DNA from: an uncultured delta proteobacterium | Lineage (GTDB): Bacteria > Myxococcota > Myxococcia > Myxococcales > Anaeromyxobacteraceae | Direction of reading: 5' to 3' | Assembly (NCBI GenBank): GCA_963845515.1 | Contig: CAWJSR010000045.1 | Location: 128,001-192,000, forward strand | DNA: 64,000 nucleotides | Shown: in pieces, positions 60,002-64,000 of the stretch | Layout of the letters: each line of letters opens with the position of its first letter | Numbering within the stretch: position 1 is the first letter of the stretch | Program-made: the position numbers and the translations under genes | The notes under the pieces: generated by a model | Told to the model about the DNA's origin: nothing | The model's database searches: none | Seen by the model: only the letters and a program-made list of their open reading frames with translations

Positions 60002-61005
60002 CCGCCGCACTCCTCGCGCTCGGGCTCGCCGCCTGGCTCGCCGCCTACTCGGCCGTGAAGCCACTCTCCGAGTGGCTCAGCTTCAGCGTCCTCGGCTTGA
60101 CCCGCGGCTCGCGCCTCGGCGAGAGCGTCGCCTTCTTCCTCTACGACACGCCAAAGGTCCTGCTGCTCCTGACGCTGATCGTCTTCCTCGTCGGGATCGC
60201 GCGGTCCTTCTTCACGCCCGAGCGGACGCGCGCGATCCTCGCCGGGAAGCGGGAGTCGGTCGGGAACGTCCTGGCAGCGCTGCTCGGCATCGTGACCCCC
60301 TTCTGCTCCTGCTCGGCGGTGCCGCTCTTCATCGGCTTCGTCGAGGTCGGGATCCCGCTCGGCGTGACGCTCTCGTTCCTGATCTCGGCCCCGATGGTGA
60401 ACGAGGTCGCGCTGGTGCTCCTCTTCGGCCTCTTCGGCTGGAAGGTGGCCGCGCTCTACCTCGGCACCGGCCTCACGATCGCGATCGCGTCAGGCTTCGT
60501 CCTCGGTCGCCTGAGGCTGGAGCGCTGGGTCGAGCCGTGGGTCTACGAGTCGATGAACGCGAGCGCCGCCTACGAGAAGGAGCGGCTCGGCTTCACAGGG
60601 CGCGTCGCGAAGGGGCTCGACGCGGTCCGCGAGATCGTCGGCAAGGTCTGGCCCTGGGTGCTGGGCGGGATCGCGGTAGGGGCCGGCATCCACGGCTACG
60701 TGCCCGAGGGGTTCCTCGTGAGCTTCATGGGGAAGTCTGCGTGGTGGTCGGTGCCGGTCGCGGTGCTGATCGGCGTCCCGATGTACTCGAACGCCGCCGG
60801 GATCATCCCGGTGGTCGAGGCGCTCCTCGACAAGGGGGCCGCGCTCGGGACGGTGCTCGCCTTCATGATGGCGGTGATCGCCCTCTCGCTGCCGGAGATG
60901 ATCATCCTGCGCAAGGTGCTCCGGCCGAAGCTCATCGCGACCTTCGTCGGCGTGGTGGCGGGCGGCATCCTGCTGGTCGGCTGGCTGTTCAACGCGGTGC
61001 TGTGA
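59998..61005 (+). CDS. ArsP-like (DUF318) permease
   Basis: TPFCSCS.VP, FL.S.P..N, GVP.Y, LSLPE. Confidence 0.9.
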   Translation: MTAALLALGLAAWLAAYSAVKPLSEWLSFSVLGLTRGSRLGESVAFFLYDTPKVLLLLTLIVFLVGIARSFFTPERTRAILAGKRESVGNVLAALLGIVTPFCSCSAVPLFIGFVEVGIPLGVTLSFLISAPMVNEVALVLLFGLFGWKVAALYLGTGLTIAIASGFVLGRLRLERWVEPWVYESMNASAAYEKERLGFTGRVAKGLDAVREIVGKVWPWVLGGIAVGAGIHGYVPEGFLVSFMGKSAWWSVPVAVLIGVPMYSNAAGIIPVVEALLDKGAALGTVLAFMMAVIALSLPEMIILRKVLRPKLIATFVGVVAGGILLVGWLFNAVL

Positions 61006-61019
61006 GGAGGCGACAGGCG

Positions 61020-61253
61020 ATGAAGATCCAGGTGCTCGGGACCGGCTGCGCGAAGTGCAAGCAGCTCACGGCGAACGCGGAGAAGGCGGTGGCAGCGCTG
61101 GGGCTCGGCGTCCCCGTCGAGAAGGTGGAGGACGTCCGCGAGATCATGAAGTTCAAGGTGATGTCCACGCCGGCCCTCGCGGTGGACGGCAAGGTGGTGT
61201 CGGCGGGGAAGCTGCTCGCGCCTGCCGAGGTGATGGAGCTGCTGAAGGGCTGA
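61020..61253 (+). CDS. Small redox-active thioredoxin-like protein (MTH895-like)
   Basis: I.VLGTGCAKC, VMSTPAL.VDG. Confidence 0.9.
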   Translation: MKIQVLGTGCAKCKQLTANAEKAVAALGLGVPVEKVEDVREIMKFKVMSTPALAVDGKVVSAGKLLAPAEVMELLKG

Positions 61254-61358
61254 CCGAAGGGGTCCCACGCCCTCGTGGACCCCTCGGAGAGCCTTGCCTC
61301 CCTGACGCCTGCGCCACCCCGTGGGGTGAAACGCAGGCGCCTCGAGACGGACCACCGG

Positions 61359-61679
61359 TCACCTGTGGAGGCACGTGCTCGCGACCATGACGGCATGGCT
61401 CGGGTCGCAGTGCGGCGCAGCCTTGGTGGGCAGCGGGACATCGATCGGGTACTGGACGTCCTCGTAGGCCGCCACGAGGCCGCGGGCGGGCCCCGGAGAG
61501 TCCTTCACGACCACCGCGTGAGCTCCGAGATAGGTCACGTCGGACGTCACGATCGGCTCCGAGTCGAGCCGGGTGGCGAAGACCTTCTCCTGCACGGGGT
61601 ACTCCACCTCGTCGGCGCGAGCGGACGTCGCGGCGAGGGCGATGGCTGCAGCGAATGAAGCCAGGAAGACGTTACGCAT
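61359..61679 (-). CDS. Small secreted hypothetical protein
   Basis: Signal peptide ending ARA; RBS GAGG. Confidence 0.55.
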   Translation of the reverse strand: MRNVFLASFAAAIALAATSARADEVEYPVQEKVFATRLDSEPIVTSDVTYLGAHAVVVKDSPGPARGLVAAYEDVQYPIDVPLPTKAAPHCDPSHAVMVASTCLHR

Positions 61680-61755
61680 TTGATGCCTCTTGAAGCCGGT
61701 TGGCGTGTGGACTCGGCGTCGGACCGGATGCCGCCGTCGCGTCTCCTGGTTCAAT

Positions 61756-61771
61756 TGCAGCTCGCGTGCCG
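61756..61771 (-). promoter_or_regulatory. sigma54 -24/-12 promoter (CGGCACGCGAGCTGCA)
   Basis: GGCACG...TGCA with GG-N10-GC spacing, about 75 nt upstream of ATG 61679. Confidence 0.55.
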
Positions 61772-61916
61772 TCGCCACGACTTGCGCAATTCCGCTGGCA
61801 TAGGCTCCTGACGAGCCTCCTTTCAGGCTCAGCGGCCGTCACCACCCTGGTTACGGTGTGATCGATCGAGGGCGTGGAGCCGACCGCCGGGAGGAAGGCT
61901 CACCGATCGGCCGGGC

Positions 61917-63013
61917 TCAACTCTCCTGCAGCTCCGGCACCGGGTCGCGAAGCGCCCAGACGAGCGCGGTCGGAGTGGCCGAGGCGATGCCGAGCCCGAG
62001 CGCCGCGGCGAGGCACGAGAGCGCGAACGGCCCGCTCCGCGCGATCGCCCCCGCTACGCCGGGGTCCTGGGCCGCGGCGAGCGCGCCACCGGCGATGACG
62101 CCAGCGGTCGCGCCGGCCACCGCCACCAGCGCGGAGCGGGAGAGAAGCAGCCCCAGGAGCGTCGCCCGCGATGCCCCGATCGCGGCGACGTCGCCAGCTC
62201 GATGCGCCGCTCCGAGGCGTCGAGGTGCGCCGCGATGACGAGGCAGAGGGCGGCCACGATGCCCATCACCGCGTAGGCGACCATGCGATGCTTCGCCAGG
62301 GAGGCGTGCGTGTCATGGTCGGCGACCCCGCCGCGATCCGTCCGGATCGCGCTGGCGTCGTGCAGTGCCGCCGCGAGGCGCGCCTGGGCGTCCCGCGGCT
62401 CGACTCCTGCACGCAGGAACACGCGAAGCTCGTTCACCGCTGGAGCGCCGAGGAGGGCCTGCGCGGACTCGAGCGGAATGAGCACCGCCAGGTCCTCGGC
62501 GCTGCCGGTGGACGGCATCACCGCGTCCACGTCGAACGGCCTTCCGTCCACGTCGATCCTCCGTGGCGTCCCCGTTCGGCGCGCGAGCTCGGACCCGAGC
62601 GCTGCGACATCGCGGCCTCCCGGCCCGGTGCGCGCCGGGAGCGAGGTCCAGTCCAGCCCGACCACGGGCGAGAGGAGTCCTGCGATCGGTCTCGTCAGGA
62701 CGAGTCGTGCTTCGACCGCACGGACGTCGGAGCCGAGCGCCGCCACGACGGTGTCGGCAGTGCGCGCGGGCAGCGAGCCGTCGCCGAGCGCGAGCCTGAC
62801 GAGCGCGCTCGCGGTCGTACCCGTCGACACCACGGAGAGGGCGGGCCCGATGGCGTCGATCTGCGTCGCGATCGCCTCCTCCCGGGCGCGAGCGACGAAC
62901 TCCACGGCGGTGACCGCCGCCGTGAGCGCGGCGACCACCGTCGCCGCGAGGACGACGGATCGGCGCCTGACCGCCACGTCTCGCACAGTGAGCCAGAGGG
63001 CAGGGCCCGTCAC
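61917..63013 (-). CDS. FtsX/MacB-like ABC permease (frameshift near 62190)
   Basis: N-terminal TM, periplasmic domain, ERR.E.A...A.G motif, C-terminal TMs in the shifted frame. Confidence 0.75.
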
Positions 63014-63705
63014 GCGACCGCCCCGTCGCCGGTGGAGCCCCGGGTGTCGATCGCGCCGGCGCGGAGCCGCATGATCCGCCCCGCCTGCTGGGCGAGACGC
63101 TGGTCGTGCGTGACCATCACGATCGTCTGGCCGCTCGCGTTCAGCTCGCGAAGCAGCTCCATCGTCTGGTCGGCGGTCGCCGGATCGAGGTTTCCGGTCG
63201 GCTCGTCGGCGAGGAGGACCTGGGGCCCGTTCACGATGGCCCGCCCGATGCCTACGCGCTGGCGCTCTCCCACGGAGAGCTGCGCGGGCCGGTGGTGGCG
63301 CCGCGCGGAGAGCCCCAGTCGGTCGAGGATCCGGTCCGCGTCCTCGTTGGCCTTCGCCCGGGGGCGGCCTGCGAGGATCGCGGGCAGGACCACGTTCTCC
63401 ACGCACGTGAGGTAGGGGACGAGGTTGAACGTCTGGAAGACGAAGCCGATCTCGGTTCGGCGGAGGGCGGCGCGGGCCTCGCCGCCGAGATCGTAGACGC
63501 GCCTCTCACCGAGGTAGACATGGCCGCCCGTCGGGGCGGCGAGCCCTCCCATGGCGAAGAGCAGCGTGGACTTCCCGCTGCCGCTCGGCCCGACCACGGC
63601 CAGGAACTCGCCGGGAGCGACGTGTGCCGTGACGCCGGCGAGGGCGAGGACCTCGCCCCCCTGGGGTGCGGTGAAGGACTTCTTCACGTTCTCGACGCGG
63701 ATCAT
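63010..63705 (-). CDS. LolD/MacB-type ABC ATPase
   Basis: GPSGSGKST, GFVFQ.FNL, LSVGERQR, ADEPTGNLD, VTHD. Confidence 0.93.
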   Translation of the reverse strand: MIRVENVKKSFTAPQGGEVLALAGVTAHVAPGEFLAVVGPSGSGKSTLLFAMGGLAAPTGGHVYLGERRVYDLGGEARAALRRTEIGFVFQTFNLVPYLTCVENVVLPAILAGRPRAKANEDADRILDRLGLSARRHHRPAQLSVGERQRVGIGRAIVNGPQVLLADEPTGNLDPATADQTMELLRELNASGQTIVMVTHDQRLAQQAGRIMRLRAGAIDTRGSTGDGAVA

Positions 63706-63707
63706 GA

Positions 63708-64000
63708 TCAGGACTCCCGAAGGACGACGGTGGGATCGAGCGCGGCGGCGCGGTTGGCTGGGACGGTGGCGGCGACGGCGCTGACGAGCGCGGCGAGGCC
63801 GACCACGGGCAGCAGCAGCTCTGGCGTGGGCACGAGCGGGCTGCCGAGCAAGGCCGAGCCGAGGCGCCAGGTCAGCGGGAACGCCAGAGCCCAGCCTGCG
63901 GCGCCGCCGAGGGCTCCCGCCGCGGCCGCCTGAAGGGTGAAGAGGCGCGCGAGGGCGCGGGGCGGCACGCCAATCGCGACGAGCAGCCCGAGCTCGCGAG
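63708..64000 (-). CDS. FtsX/MacB-like ABC permease, C-terminal part (runs off window)
   Basis: RELGLLVAIG and PA.RAA.LDP..VLR.E tail. Confidence 0.8.
   Translation of the reverse strand, partial: RELGLLVAIGVPPRALARLFTLQAAAAGALGGAAGWALAFPLTWRLGSALLGSPLVPTPELLLPVVGLAALVSAVAATVPANRAAALDPTVVLRES

Noticed and set aside
56279..61253. Selenocysteine recoding in the redox genes
   Set aside because: All catalytic positions are encoded as Cys; no in-frame TGA at active sites

Overview
Very GC-rich bacterial chromosomal window. Gene content and style suggest an Anaeromyxobacter-like member of Myxococcota; this is inference, as no marker gene is present. About 65 CDSs; no rRNA, tRNA, CRISPR array or intact transposase was recognised. 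Main blocks: (i) hicAB and a frameshifted secreted beta-helix protein; (ii) a co-oriented run at 4965-17813 with a membrane-fusion-like protein, a PEGA/beta-barrel protein, ino1, a CDP-alcohol phosphotransferase, a close PimA-like glycosyltransferase, two acyltransferases, a stand-alone Cache-like lipoprotein, a metallophosphoesterase, rubrerythrin and an MMPL/RND transporter. This is the best candidate for an undescribed system: an actinobacterial-style phosphatidylinositol-glycolipid (PIM-like) synthesis and possibly export locus in a diderm; (iii) higBA-like and vapBC TA modules, an ORF6N remnant and a LecA-like lectin remnant, several preceded by a shared REP-like motif; (iv) ilvD; (v) ACT-LIV-type ABC-paaK cluster; (vi) two-component pair, PadR/PspC, DUF3857/transglutaminase protein; (vii) sulfur/arsenic island (ArsR-rhodanese, OsmC, DsrE, arsC-acr3-arsR, Trx-CcdA-ArsP-Trx); (viii) a LolCDE/MacB-type ABC set. 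About ten single-base frameshifts in five genes suggest sequencing/assembly error rather than real pseudogenes. All product calls come from motif recognition by eye, without database searches.
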